A DNA stretch of 63,931 nt, the filler included, from Barthelona sp. PAP020 (Eukaryota), in NCBI GenBank assembly GCA_040182905.1. It is 6 parts of 6 records of this genome, joined end to end, with 100 filler letters (N's around TTAATTAATTAA, not from the genome) between each part and the next. Parts side by side here need not be neighbours in the genome. Positions count along the whole stretch, not along the records: positions 11,346 to 22,535 come from JARQWU010000381.1; 5 more parts are not named here. One strand, given 5' to 3'. The position numbers were made by a program, and so were the translations under genes. The notes under the pieces are model-generated. The model worked only from the letters and a program-made list of their open reading frames with translations. It was not told the DNA's origin and made no database searches. Position 1 is the stretch's first letter. Each line of letters opens with the position of its first letter. Below, in pieces: positions 11,348 to 21,448 of this stretch.

Positions 11348-14300
11348 GGTGTTATTGATGTAGTTGAATTTGGAAATAATGTAGAAGATCTTACTGTTAC
11401 TTCTAGTGATAATACTGGTGAATTCAATATTTTAGGAACTGAATACAGTGGTGTATTTATGCCAAAGGGAGGTGTTGTCATTGACAATGCTGATTTCCAT
11501 CTCAAAACACTCATGGGATGGTATGAAGATGCGAATGTCACAATAAAGAGAAATGGTAAATTTATCATTCATTATAATGGTGAATTGACCGTAGGTTGTG
11601 GTGATTGTGGTATTTATACACTGCCTTCAAATGCAGACTTGGTTGAATATGCTGAAGTAGTTAATTATGGTTCGATCATTATTGTTGCTTCTGTTAGTTT
11701 CCCCATTTCTACAGGCATCAGTGGTAATGGTTCTTTCGCTATCAATGCTGGAGAACTTGAATTGAATCCTGTTGAAGATTTGAGTTTGAATGGTACCTGG
11801 ACTGTTGGGTATAGTGGTAGCTTGAATTTGGCTTCTGGTCAAACAACTTTCACTTCTGATGTTGTGTTCAATTCTAATGGTAATATTTACATCACTGGAG
11901 GTACCCATTATATCATGGATTACGTTAATTTGATTGCTGGTGAATTCTTAATAACGGGAGGTCAACTAGTAATTTATGACACAACACAAATTAATAACCC
12001 CAATGTACCTCTCACTATTAATTCTACAAACTGTCCTGTTGTACCAAGTAATTTCACTCAAGCTAATTTCACTGATAATGAATTGTGGGAAGATTGGTGT
12101 GAACCAAACGTCAGAATCGTTCAACTAGAAGATGTTGAACTAACAACATATGCAAATGTTTCTAATATTGTTTTACTTAATGGTACTTTGAAAGTTGAAA
12201 CAAATCTGTTGAATGATAAGTTTGAACTGAATAAAGATGGTATTTTATATATTCCAGCTTTGGATAGCAAAATCCTCAGTAATGGTGGATATTATGATCG
12301 TTTGGGTGGTAATTTTGTTGGCAAAGGTACTTTGATAATCCAACACGGTGAATGCTATCCCGATGAATGTGACTGTGATTATGGTTATGAAGGAATGGAT
12401 TGTAGTGCAGATTGTAGTGCATTTGACACTCAAGAAGATTGTGTTTCACGTTCTTTCTGTGGATGGTGTATGGATGACAATCAATGTGTTACTTCATTAT
12501 CCACTGGTGTACCGAAAGATGGAACTTGTGAAGAATTCTATTATGGTACCACCATTACTTGTGATACTGTTTACAAAATTTCTGAAATTATTGCAGATAG
12601 TTCATTGTTGCTTGAACCAAACGTTTCTTTCGCCTATGATAATGATTTGGAGATTTACACTTTTGATGTAGAAGCACAATATATTCGTGGTGGTTCATTA
12701 TACATTATTGACTTTGGTGCTTATAAAATCGACAGTAGAGATATTAGAAGTGTTCAAGTTTGTGAAAATCGTAATGCAACTCAAGCAAGTCAATTGGTCA
12801 GATCTCAACTCACTTCCACAGCACCTCATGCGAATCTTGATACTGCATTAAACAATACTCAATACCCTGCATATGGACCTACTAGTCCAAATTGGGTTAT
12901 TGGAAACAACACTTGTGGTGGTGTCATTTATACTGGTGAATTCTCATTAGGTGAATTGGCTAATTGTCAAGATTCCAGTTATGAGTCTCTTGTAAACTTC
13001 AAGGTTTACAACAACACACCTTTAGTTGATTATTACGGTGATTTGTATGTTTCATTGGTTAAGCCTTCTATTACTGAATCTGGCAAAGATACTTTAATTA
13101 AGGCTTGGAACAAACATTTCATTTCTCAATTCTCAGTTAACGTTCATGACATTTCTTATCAATCATGTGATTCTACTCTTACAATATGTGTTCCTTGTGA
13201 AGACGTACACGATTGTAAGTATCTTGTCATCTGGACTTTAGAAGATGTTCATCTACGTATTGATGATGAATTTGGGTATCCTGAATACGCTTTGTCAATT
13301 ACTTTGGCTTCAGAATCATTGTTGAACAAGATTCTTATCAGTGGTGAATTTGTTTCTTCAGACAGTGAAGGTGAATTCGAAGTCAGCGATTTACCTCCTG
13401 ATCCAGATGAAGCTTTCAGAAGTCAACGTTGGGAATTACACACATCAGATATTTCTTATGCTTCGGCCCCTCAAGGATATTATGGTGCCAATTATAAATT
13501 CTCATTTACACCTGGTGATTGTCAACCTGGAGTTTCTTCTGTTGATAATTGTCGTGCTGCTTCTCAACGTATTATTGTTGAATTTGGTGTTGATTTGGTT
13601 GAATTACCGACCTATGAAGTTGATAGTTTAAGTGATGCAAAACTTCTTTTCTTCGATGGTTCCATTCCTTCAGTGTATGAAAATGCTGAATCTTATCTTG
13701 GTCCTTATATTGCAAATGAAGTGATTCAAACAGCAGTATATGTCAATGTTGATGATTTCATTCAACATTTCCAAAAAGATGAAAAGATCACTCTTGAAGT
13801 GGTTAATGCTTGGGCTTGTATTGGTGAACAAGATAATCCACCAACTTATATTGAAGGTGATTCCAGCAATGTTGGTTGTAATATTACTGGTGGACAACTT
13901 ATTAAGGATGGAAAGATAATTCAATCCAAATTTATGGGCAACTATTTGGATGGTGTTAAGGAAACTTATACCTTCAGCAGTCTTGATGCTTCAAATACTG
14001 AATTAGTTCAAGCTTTCAGTTTGTTGGCTCCTTATTATGTTGATTCTAAGATGCTTTTTGTTCATGTCGAAATTCAAGTTGTTAAAGAACCTGCTGATGA
14101 TTCGGATCCTGTGATAATTGGAACAGAACATGTTATTAAATCTGTTTCTTTGAAGGGTCGTTCCATTCTTGAGACACCTGTGGTTCCAGCCACTGATTTT
14201 ACACCTTACATTATAGGAGGTGGTGCTGTATTATCAATTGTGATAATCACGGTCATTGTTATTGTGTTGAGACGTCGTCAAGCTGCTGCTGAATTAAAGA

Positions 14301-15793
14301 AGAAAAAAGAACAATCTCCTCATGATGATTGGGCTTTACCTGAAGATTTTGATATTCTTTCTATTTTCCAACATATCGATATCGAAAAACAATTAAAAGC
14401 ACTTGGTGGTACTGCTGAACACATTGAAGCTGTTAAATCAATGCTTGTCGGATCCACAACTGGAGATGTTGATGAATCTCAACTTGCAGTTCGAACAGAC
14501 AGTCAAGTAGATGAAAATGAGGACAGAGGACTCGATGAAAAAGAAGAAAATGCTGAAACATTGTTGGATGGTGGATTTGATCTTGGTAGTTTGGATTCAG
14601 ATTCAGAAGATTCTGATGGTCCTCTTCTTGTCGAATCGTCAAATAAAGAATCAACGGCTAATGAATTGCTTGACATGTTGAATGATTTTGGTACAGCAAA
14701 TGACATCAATATCGATTTGGAATCTGATAGTGAACCATCTGAAGATGAGGAAGTTCTTAATTTCTTGATGGAATCTCATGATCTTGTTGAACGTATCACT
14801 GTTGCGTACAATAATACTGAAGAGATTGAATTAACCACACAACAAACGGAAAGAGCGTCATTATTGTTATCCACGTTATTGCCTTCCTTGCTTAGACCTG
14901 GTGATATTGAGATATTTAGTAAAATCAAAGAAGCTGCCAATGAAGGTGCTAGCATTATCATAACGCCTGTTGAGTTGATCAATCTTCAAAAATATTTGCA
15001 TGTTGTGGAAGATGATGTTGTCACCACCAACATTGCAAAAGATCCTGTTGCAGCAAAATTATCCAATGGTTTGGCATTTTCAGCCAAGTCTGGAATGGAT
15101 TCAACTTCATTGACAATCACTGAAGGTGAATGTGCAATTCAAAATATTAACACCATTCCTCTTTGCAAATTGGTTCCTGATGAATTGGAAGTTGCATTGA
15201 AAATTGTTGATTCAGTCAATACTGGTAGATCTTTAACATTGAATAATGAAGATGCTTTAACAGTTGTTGAATTACTACACAAATCAAAAATGCCTCAATA
15301 TAAACCTTCTGATGAAGCTATCAAGCGTGTCGGCGCTGAACTTAAATCTGCTGCCAAATCAAGTCAAAAACATACTATTACTGCTGCTGAAGTTGAACGA
15401 ATTTCTATTTGTTTGACAAAGATACCCATCTTTGCTTTGAAACCTAAAGAAGCTGTTGCGGTAGCTGAATTGATTGGTCAACGTAAATTTGGTACCGCTA
15501 TAAACATTGTGCCTGGAAAAGCTTGGAAAATTGGTGAAGTCCTTTCCAATGCTGAAGAGTCTATAATGATGGCTCAAAAAAGATTGAAAAAGAAACCCGT
15601 TGAACAACAACAAAAATCCAATGTTAATCGTTCAAGGGTTCAGTCTCACTCAGAATCCAAGTCAACTTCACAGTCACCCCTTGCAAGATTGGCCGTCCAA
15701 CAGAGAAATAGTGAAGGTTTATCAAAATCTGAATCAAGAAAAAGACTGTATAATCCATTGGCTGCCAGCAAGAGTTTTATTAAAAAAGACTAA
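11348..15793 (+). CDS. Large type I membrane surface protein (beta-helix-like repeats, EGF-like, PSI-like, TM, long cytoplasmic tail), 5'-truncated
   Basis: Frame is open back to the contig edge; G/N-rich beta-strand repeats; HGECYPDECDCDYGYEGMDCS (EGF-like); C..CVSRSFCGWCMDDNQC (PSI-like); TM IIGGGAVLSIVIITVIVIVL followed by RRR. Confidence 0.8.
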   Translation, partial: GVIDVVEFGNNVEDLTVTSSDNTGEFNILGTEYSGVFMPKGGVVIDNADFHLKTLMGWYEDANVTIKRNGKFIIHYNGELTVGCGDCGIYTLPSNADLVEYAEVVNYGSIIIVASVSFPISTGISGNGSFAINAGELELNPVEDLSLNGTWTVGYSGSLNLASGQTTFTSDVVFNSNGNIYITGGTHYIMDYVNLIAGEFLITGGQLVIYDTTQINNPNVPLTINSTNCPVVPSNFTQANFTDNELWEDWCEPNVRIVQLEDVELTTYANVSNIVLLNGTLKVETNLLNDKFELNKDGILYIPALDSKILSNGGYYDRLGGNFVGKGTLIIQHGECYPDECDCDYGYEGMDCSADCSAFDTQEDCVSRSFCGWCMDDNQCVTSLSTGVPKDGTCEEFYYGTTITCDTVYKISEIIADSSLLLEPNVSFAYDNDLEIYTFDVEAQYIRGGSLYIIDFGAYKIDSRDIRSVQVCENRNATQASQLVRSQLTSTAPHANLDTALNNTQYPAYGPTSPNWVIGNNTCGGVIYTGEFSLGELANCQDSSYESLVNFKVYNNTPLVDYYGDLYVSLVKPSITESGKDTLIKAWNKHFISQFSVNVHDISYQSCDSTLTICVPCEDVHDCKYLVIWTLEDVHLRIDDEFGYPEYALSITLASESLLNKILISGEFVSSDSEGEFEVSDLPPDPDEAFRSQRWELHTSDISYASAPQGYYGANYKFSFTPGDCQPGVSSVDNCRAASQRIIVEFGVDLVELPTYEVDSLSDAKLLFFDGSIPSVYENAESYLGPYIANEVIQTAVYVNVDDFIQHFQKDEKITLEVVNAWACIGEQDNPPTYIEGDSSNVGCNITGGQLIKDGKIIQSKFMGNYLDGVKETYTFSSLDASNTELVQAFSLLAPYYVDSKMLFVHVEIQVVKEPADDSDPVIIGTEHVIKSVSLKGRSILETPVVPATDFTPYIIGGGAVLSIVIITVIVIVLRRRQAAAELKKKKEQSPHDDWALPEDFDILSIFQHIDIEKQLKALGGTAEHIEAVKSMLVGSTTGDVDESQLAVRTDSQVDENEDRGLDEKEENAETLLDGGFDLGSLDSDSEDSDGPLLVESSNKESTANELLDMLNDFGTANDINIDLESDSEPSEDEEVLNFLMESHDLVERITVAYNNTEEIELTTQQTERASLLLSTLLPSLLRPGDIEIFSKIKEAANEGASIIITPVELINLQKYLHVVEDDVVTTNIAKDPVAAKLSNGLAFSAKSGMDSTSLTITEGECAIQNINTIPLCKLVPDELEVALKIVDSVNTGRSLTLNNEDALTVVELLHKSKMPQYKPSDEAIKRVGAELKSAAKSSQKHTITAAEVERISICLTKIPIFALKPKEAVAVAELIGQRKFGTAINIVPGKAWKIGEVLSNAEESIMMAQKRLKKKPVEQQQKSNVNRSRVQSHSESKSTSQSPLARLAVQQRNSEGLSKSESRKRLYNPLAASKSFIKKD

Positions 15794-16116
15794 ACAAATT
15801 GAAAAAAAAAAAAAAAATGAAAAAGTCAAAACTTCTTTGTTCATTTATTTATAAGTAAATCTTTTTAGAAATTTTTTGTGCATTCAAAAATCCATTTTAT
15901 TTATTTCAAACTTTATTCTTTCACAATTTTTTGTACCTTATCATCAAAACAAAAAAAGAAATTGAATTTTCTTCCCAAAAATAATTAGCGGATATTTCTT
16001 TTTGAACATTTACAATAACAATTCAAAAGATATCATTGATAAAAATGGATAACATAAATTCAAACTAAAATCAAAGACAACAAAGTCAAATGCTTTTTGA
16101 TTTTTTTTAGACAAAA

Positions 16117-17364
16117 ATGGTTGATACTCAATTACTTGAATTGTTCGAAGGCTTATTCAAGCGTTTGGATACACTTGAAAACAGACTTTCTGCTCTTGAA
16201 GGTGGAAAAGTTGTTCAACAAGAAAAGGAAGAAGAAGAAGTTTTTTCAACACCTTATGATGATGTTTTGAAAAAATATTATGAAGAGGTTGTACCTGCTT
16301 GGAAAAAATGTTCTGAATTTGCAGGAAAATCAATCCTTGTTTTGGAACCCCATTTGGTTGGTTTAAAAGTTGCTTTTGATACTGTAGCCAAATATCAAGA
16401 TCCTCTTGATATTAATGTTACAAGAAAAGCGCTTGCTGTATTGGTGGAGGCGCATAATGCTTTCAAATTTTCAGTTAGAAGAGGAGATCCCAATTTTGAT
16501 TTGTGCTTGGCTTTGGAAGGAATGAAAAATGTGTTAGCTTTCCCTTTCTATCAAGGTAGAATGGTGAAATATTTGGATGAAACAATTCCTGCTGTTGAAT
16601 TTGATGGTGATCGTGTGCTTATGGAAGGAAAAGCAGAAGAAAAGGAATCTTTCAGAGCATTATTAAAATTCTTAAGGGCATTAAGAGAATTTGCTGAAGA
16701 AAACCATGGGGAAAAGTTCAAATGGAATCGTAAAGCTCCTAAGAAATTCACTGAAGAAGATGCAATTTTAACTGCACCTTCAAAAGATGAATCTAAGAAA
16801 GAAGAAAAGATTGCCACCAAGAAAGAAGAACCAAAAAAACCAGAACTCAAAGTCCAAAGGAAAGTTGAAGAAAAGAAAGAACCTTTTGCTGGTAAAACTG
16901 CTCAAGGCACATACTTGATTGAAAATTATCAAGGGGGTACTGTTGAACTTGAAATTGAAGGAGGTAAAGGTGTATATTTCCCTGTTAATATCAAAAATTG
17001 CAATAAAACCTTGGTTAAATTGACTGGAAAAGCAGCAAATTTCTTCGTTTTCAATTGTAAAAATACCAATATTGTGTTTGAAAAGTCGATTTCTGCTTTT
17101 GAAATGATTAACTGCCAAAAATGTAAAATCTTTAGAGGTGATTCCCCTGATTATGCTTTGGAAAATTGTAGGCAAATCACCATCACTATTAAAGAGGATT
17201 TGTCAGAAAAATTCGTTCTTGTTGCCACTTCTTCGATTGACACAAATGTTGTTGTTGAAAAAGAGGATGATTATTATGAATTGGCTGTTCCCTATCAATT
17301 TGAAACAAAGATTGTTGATGGTAAGTTAGTCACTGCTCCTTTTGAGCATTGTCATGAGGGTTAG
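16117..17364 (+). CDS. CAP: Adenylyl cyclase-associated protein CAP/Srv2
   Basis: N-terminal RLDTLENRLSALE motif, helical domain, CARP beta-helix, C-terminal YELAVPYQFETKIVDGKLVTAPFEH. Confidence 0.9.
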   Translation: MVDTQLLELFEGLFKRLDTLENRLSALEGGKVVQQEKEEEEVFSTPYDDVLKKYYEEVVPAWKKCSEFAGKSILVLEPHLVGLKVAFDTVAKYQDPLDINVTRKALAVLVEAHNAFKFSVRRGDPNFDLCLALEGMKNVLAFPFYQGRMVKYLDETIPAVEFDGDRVLMEGKAEEKESFRALLKFLRALREFAEENHGEKFKWNRKAPKKFTEEDAILTAPSKDESKKEEKIATKKEEPKKPELKVQRKVEEKKEPFAGKTAQGTYLIENYQGGTVELEIEGGKGVYFPVNIKNCNKTLVKLTGKAANFFVFNCKNTNIVFEKSISAFEMINCQKCKIFRGDSPDYALENCRQITITIKEDLSEKFVLVATSSIDTNVVVEKEDDYYELAVPYQFETKIVDGKLVTAPFEHCHEG

Positions 17365-17903
17365 AAATATTTTTGTGCTGTAAATCAATTTTTCTCTTAT
17401 TTTTCGTTTGTTTTTGCATATTTTTTTAACATCAGAACAGGCTGCTTCAATTCATAAGATTGAATTAACAACTACCCAAAGAATTATCTTCTTTCATTAC
17501 TTGAAACATCAAAAATTTAAGCTTTTGGTATGAATGCTAGTTAAAATGCTTTTTTCAAAAGCAGCAAGGCCTGAAAATTTTTTTCAAACCATTTTCACAA
17601 TTTTGCTTTATTTCAAAGGCAATTTTACTGAATATCTATAAGATGAAATAACAAATAATAAAAAATTAAGTTCTTTATTTAAGACAGCAAAATCCCATGC
17701 AAGAAAAATGTTCAACAAACAAAAAGAATGAAAAAATAATCCAAAATGAAAATATTAAAAATCATGTGAGAAATATGATAAAATTGGAATATATTCATCA
17801 AAAGAAAGCGAAATTAAAAGTTTCAACTATTATCAATTGACGAAAAAGACCATGAAAAAAAAAATTGGTTGACAAAAAATCACAGAAAAAATTGAATAAA
17901 AAA

Positions 17904-18581
17904 TCAAGCCAAAGCTGCTATGCATGCAAATACAACAGGGGAAACCACAGAATCATCGTAGATTTCAACAGAAGCTTTTTGACCAAAAGGCTTTTTAATT
18001 ATCTTACCCAGAACTCGGTTGGAAGGTAAATGCGTCAGATTAAACGTGTCTTCATTAACATTAACCCAATTAGTTTCAGCTAGTTTCACACGATCATCAT
18101 TAAAAACATAAAATACCTCTTTTGTTTCAACAAATTCATCAGAAAACAATTGTTGTATCATATAAAGATTATTAGGGTAATTATAATTGTGTAAATAACC
18201 ATGAACACCTGATCCATGCGAGATTCGCAATGTCATATTCAATAAATCGTGATTATTCAATAAATGATAGGTAGATGAAAATATTGGTAATCTAATACTT
18301 CCCACTAGGATGGGATAATCGCTTGTATCATCATATATAAAATAACTCTTGGAAAACAATCCTGAATTGTCTTGAACAGTAAAATTAGAGGGTAAAAGCA
18401 AAATTCCTGGAGGTTCTAATATATTACTAGATTTATACAGGTAATATAAAAAAGATATTGTTGCAAAAATCAATAAGAAAAACAAAAGACAACACTTTGT
18501 GTATGTTCGTTTTCTCATTTTTTGTTTGGCATGATGTCGTTCAAATAATAATGGAACGCTTTCGTTGGTGTAAAAAATCAT
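17904..18581 (-). CDS. Membrane-anchored LURP-one/Tubby-C-like protein
   Basis: N-terminal TM, then FTVQ..SYFIYD..LVGSI..TYHL and a terminal VEIYDDSVVSPVVFACIAAL helix typical of the LOR/scramblase fold; likely ATG 18581. Confidence 0.5.
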   Translation of the reverse strand: MIFYTNESVPLLFERHHAKQKMRKRTYTKCCLLFFLLIFATISFLYYLYKSSNILEPPGILLLPSNFTVQDNSGLFSKSYFIYDDTSDYPILVGSIRLPIFSSTYHLLNNHDLLNMTLRISHGSGVHGYLHNYNYPNNLYMIQQLFSDEFVETKEVFYVFNDDRVKLAETNWVNVNEDTFNLTHLPSNRVLGKIIKKPFGQKASVEIYDDSVVSPVVFACIAALA

Positions 18582-19219
18582 TGGAATCAATTGAAAAAAG
18601 AAGATTGTCCCAATTTTATTTCCTATTTTGTCATTGTGACTATTTATTGTAAAAATGGTACATTTGACAAACATTTTGTTTGCAAAACCGATGAATATAA
18701 GCTTAGCTTTTCATGATTTCTCAATTGAAAAGTCGAAAATTCAGTCAGTTTATAAACAAGAGATGACATGTATCTATTCATGTCATTTTTCTTATGTAAA
18801 AATTGAAATGTGCTAAACACATCATAAATAATCTTCCTCAAAAAATTAATATTTTAGAAAAAATCGTAACACGTCAAAGCGTCTGGAATCAAAAAAAAAC
18901 ATTCAATTTATCATCATATCTGGATTTTTCAGTGGATTTCACAAAATTTTCAATTATCCTGTCAGCAGATAGTTGACCAACAAAAGTCAATTTTGTTCTT
19001 TTCAGTTGAAAAAGTGTTTTTAAAAGATATAATCACTCAAGGGACACAAATGTATTGTTGAAAGTCTTTCAAAGAAACTGGAACTAAAGAATAAATTTCA
19101 GTCAACGTTTGACATGTTTATTGTCCTTTCCAATATTATTTCAACCAGATGAAATAATTTTGAGAAATTATATTTAAAGAAAAAAAGAAATCACTTTGGT
19201 TTAAAATTATTAAATATTA

Positions 19220-20371
19220 ATGACATCTATTGCATCGAGTAAGATTCAAGAGTTATTTGAGTTAGCTCGAGAATCAATGAACCATAACCCTGTTGATTCA
19301 TTGTTGAAATTTGAAACTTGTTTTGAATTGTTAAAGTCTGCAAATAGCAAAAACAAACAACAGTTTGATCTTGTAGTAATACCTGCAGCAGCGTTGGTTT
19401 TTAAATTGTTTAGAGAATCACCTGAAGACATTACTTTATTAGTTTTGTCTAAAAGAGTTTTAGAAATGTTACATGAGTGTTCTAAAAATCCTCAAAGAGA
19501 TTATTATGTGGAAAAATTGTTGTATGTACAGATTGATGTTTATGCTTCAGCACAATTATACCCATTATGTGTTAAGAAATTAAACATTTTGAAAGAATTT
19601 CAATTAAAAAGATCATCTTTTGATTTATTGAAAACTTTGTTAAGATTAACAACAGTGTATTCTCAGCTTGAAGATTATTCTTTGATGGAAAAAACCAGCA
19701 AAGAAATCTTCCAGTTTTTACCCACTTTCACAATGGATAAAGACAATGAAAATTATGAAAATGCATTTTATACTGCCTCTTCATTACATAATTTGGGAGT
19801 TTCTTTTGAAAACTTGAACAAAGGTTCAGACTCCTACCTTGCACTTAAAACATCAGTGGAAGTGGCTAAGTTTGCAAAATTATCGGAGCAAATTGTTGAC
19901 TTATTAGAATCTGATTATCTTGCTTTTGAAAATAAGTTGCATGATGCATCCAAAGAGTCATTTAATACTAAATATGAAGAATTTAAAACAAATGAAGATG
20001 ATTTTCCTGCAAATATCATTGATTATTTGATAAATAACAAAAAATCAAAAAAGAAACCCGTTAAGTCTTTGAACTATTCAAATTTATCAAACAATACACA
20101 ATCTATAAAAACAAACCCTTTTGACACGTCACCTGTCAAAAATATTCCTTCTTTTATGAACGTAGGTTCATTTGAACGTCTTGAACCTTTAAAGAACAAA
20201 GAAATAACAAAAAGAAATTTGAAAAGTGCTAAAAGTAGAACTAGACCAAGAACTGCAACAACTCTTCGAAAATATGATGAACCAGGGAATGATTTGTTTG
20301 ACAGATCATTGATAACACCTCGAAATCGAAATGTCAAGCAAGTTTCATATTCGGATGACGAAAGTGATTGA
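19220..20371 (+). CDS. Hypothetical TPR-like helical-repeat protein with basic disordered tail
   Basis: 383 aa; TASSLHNLGVSFENL TPR-like helix; RPRTATT in tail. Confidence 0.6.
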   Translation: MTSIASSKIQELFELARESMNHNPVDSLLKFETCFELLKSANSKNKQQFDLVVIPAAALVFKLFRESPEDITLLVLSKRVLEMLHECSKNPQRDYYVEKLLYVQIDVYASAQLYPLCVKKLNILKEFQLKRSSFDLLKTLLRLTTVYSQLEDYSLMEKTSKEIFQFLPTFTMDKDNENYENAFYTASSLHNLGVSFENLNKGSDSYLALKTSVEVAKFAKLSEQIVDLLESDYLAFENKLHDASKESFNTKYEEFKTNEDDFPANIIDYLINNKKSKKKPVKSLNYSNLSNNTQSIKTNPFDTSPVKNIPSFMNVGSFERLEPLKNKEITKRNLKSAKSRTRPRTATTLRKYDEPGNDLFDRSLITPRNRNVKQVSYSDDESD

Positions 20372-20412
20372 TATTTTTTTTTGAAAAATTGTATAAATTA
20401 GTCGTTTTTTTT

Positions 20413-20516
20413 TGTTGTTGTGCAGTTTTGGAGAAGGTTTCCTTTTTGTGAAAACTCGACCCAAAATTCATTTTTGCCATCTTTTTTGACCCCCGATGGG
20501 TTTGAAGGGTAGCTTT
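20413..20516 (-). ncRNA. Candidate box H/ACA snoRNA (~104 nt)
   Basis: Hairpin (20513-20476), H box AAATGA (20473-20468), second hairpin, ACA (20418-20416) plus 3 nt; each box lies 15 nt from the base of its upper stem. Confidence 0.6.
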
Positions 20517-20655
20517 GTTCACTGTACAGTAATCAAGTAAAGAAAAAATTAATATGAGTTTACACATCAATATCAACGCAAAAATGCCAACAAAAAGAAT
20601 ACAAAAAGAAAAATAAAATATTTACAAATTATCTAATTTTAATAAGGTTGTTAGA

Positions 20656-21273
20656 TCACATCAAATTGCAACAACCATCCGCTTTCTTTGCTCTTTTATA
20701 TAATGCCTTGCTTCTAACACTCATCTCATTCGCATCTGCCACCAAATCATTCATGTCATCACCAACTTTTAACAATTTGTTCAAATTATCATACATAACA
20801 AGAGTAACTTCATCTAAGGTTTTTTGAATAGCTCCTAATGTATCAACTTCTTCAGGATTTTGATAAACTCTGAAAAAATTCTCCAATTCATTCCAAGTCA
20901 GTGATTGTCCTTTTGGTAAATTGTTTACAGTATTTAAATCGAAAGCATCCATAAAAAGAGTCACCATTTTTATACAAAGCACACTTAATGCGGTTTCTTG
21001 GGACATTTGATACTCAGGATCAACAATACAAGCAGATACAATGTTTTGGTGATTTCGAAATGTACCAACAAAGTGTTCAGATTTTTCATCAAAAGCACAA
21101 GTAACTTGATTCATGATAGAATTTTGTGCAGCATGTCTTGAACCAAAATCACAAAATTCTTTAACTGTTCCACGAATAAGCCAACTAAAATGGGAAACAT
21201 CAGTATGACCCACTAATTTCTTGACTTCGTTATCAGAAATTAGCTGAAATATCTGGATTGAAATAATTTTCAT
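20656..21273 (-). CDS. YKT6: Longin R-SNARE Ykt6
   Basis: Longin domain with FSWLIRGTVKEF, YQNPEEVD, SNARE motif, C-terminal CCNLM prenylation/palmitoylation motif. Confidence 0.92.
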   Translation of the reverse strand: MKIISIQIFQLISDNEVKKLVGHTDVSHFSWLIRGTVKEFCDFGSRHAAQNSIMNQVTCAFDEKSEHFVGTFRNHQNIVSACIVDPEYQMSQETALSVLCIKMVTLFMDAFDLNTVNNLPKGQSLTWNELENFFRVYQNPEEVDTLGAIQKTLDEVTLVMYDNLNKLLKVGDDMNDLVADANEMSVRSKALYKRAKKADGCCNLM

Positions 21274-21448
21274 ATAAAAAAAAAAGTGAAAACAAGTGTT
21301 GGGAACCCCAAATTAACAATTTTTTCTAGTGTTTCCCATAATTAGAATTCCATAAAGGATGGTCACACCATCCTATAATCAATTGTTACAGGGATAAAAA
21401 GAACAAAAAACAAATATTTTCTAATTTATCGGAAAACACAACAAACAT

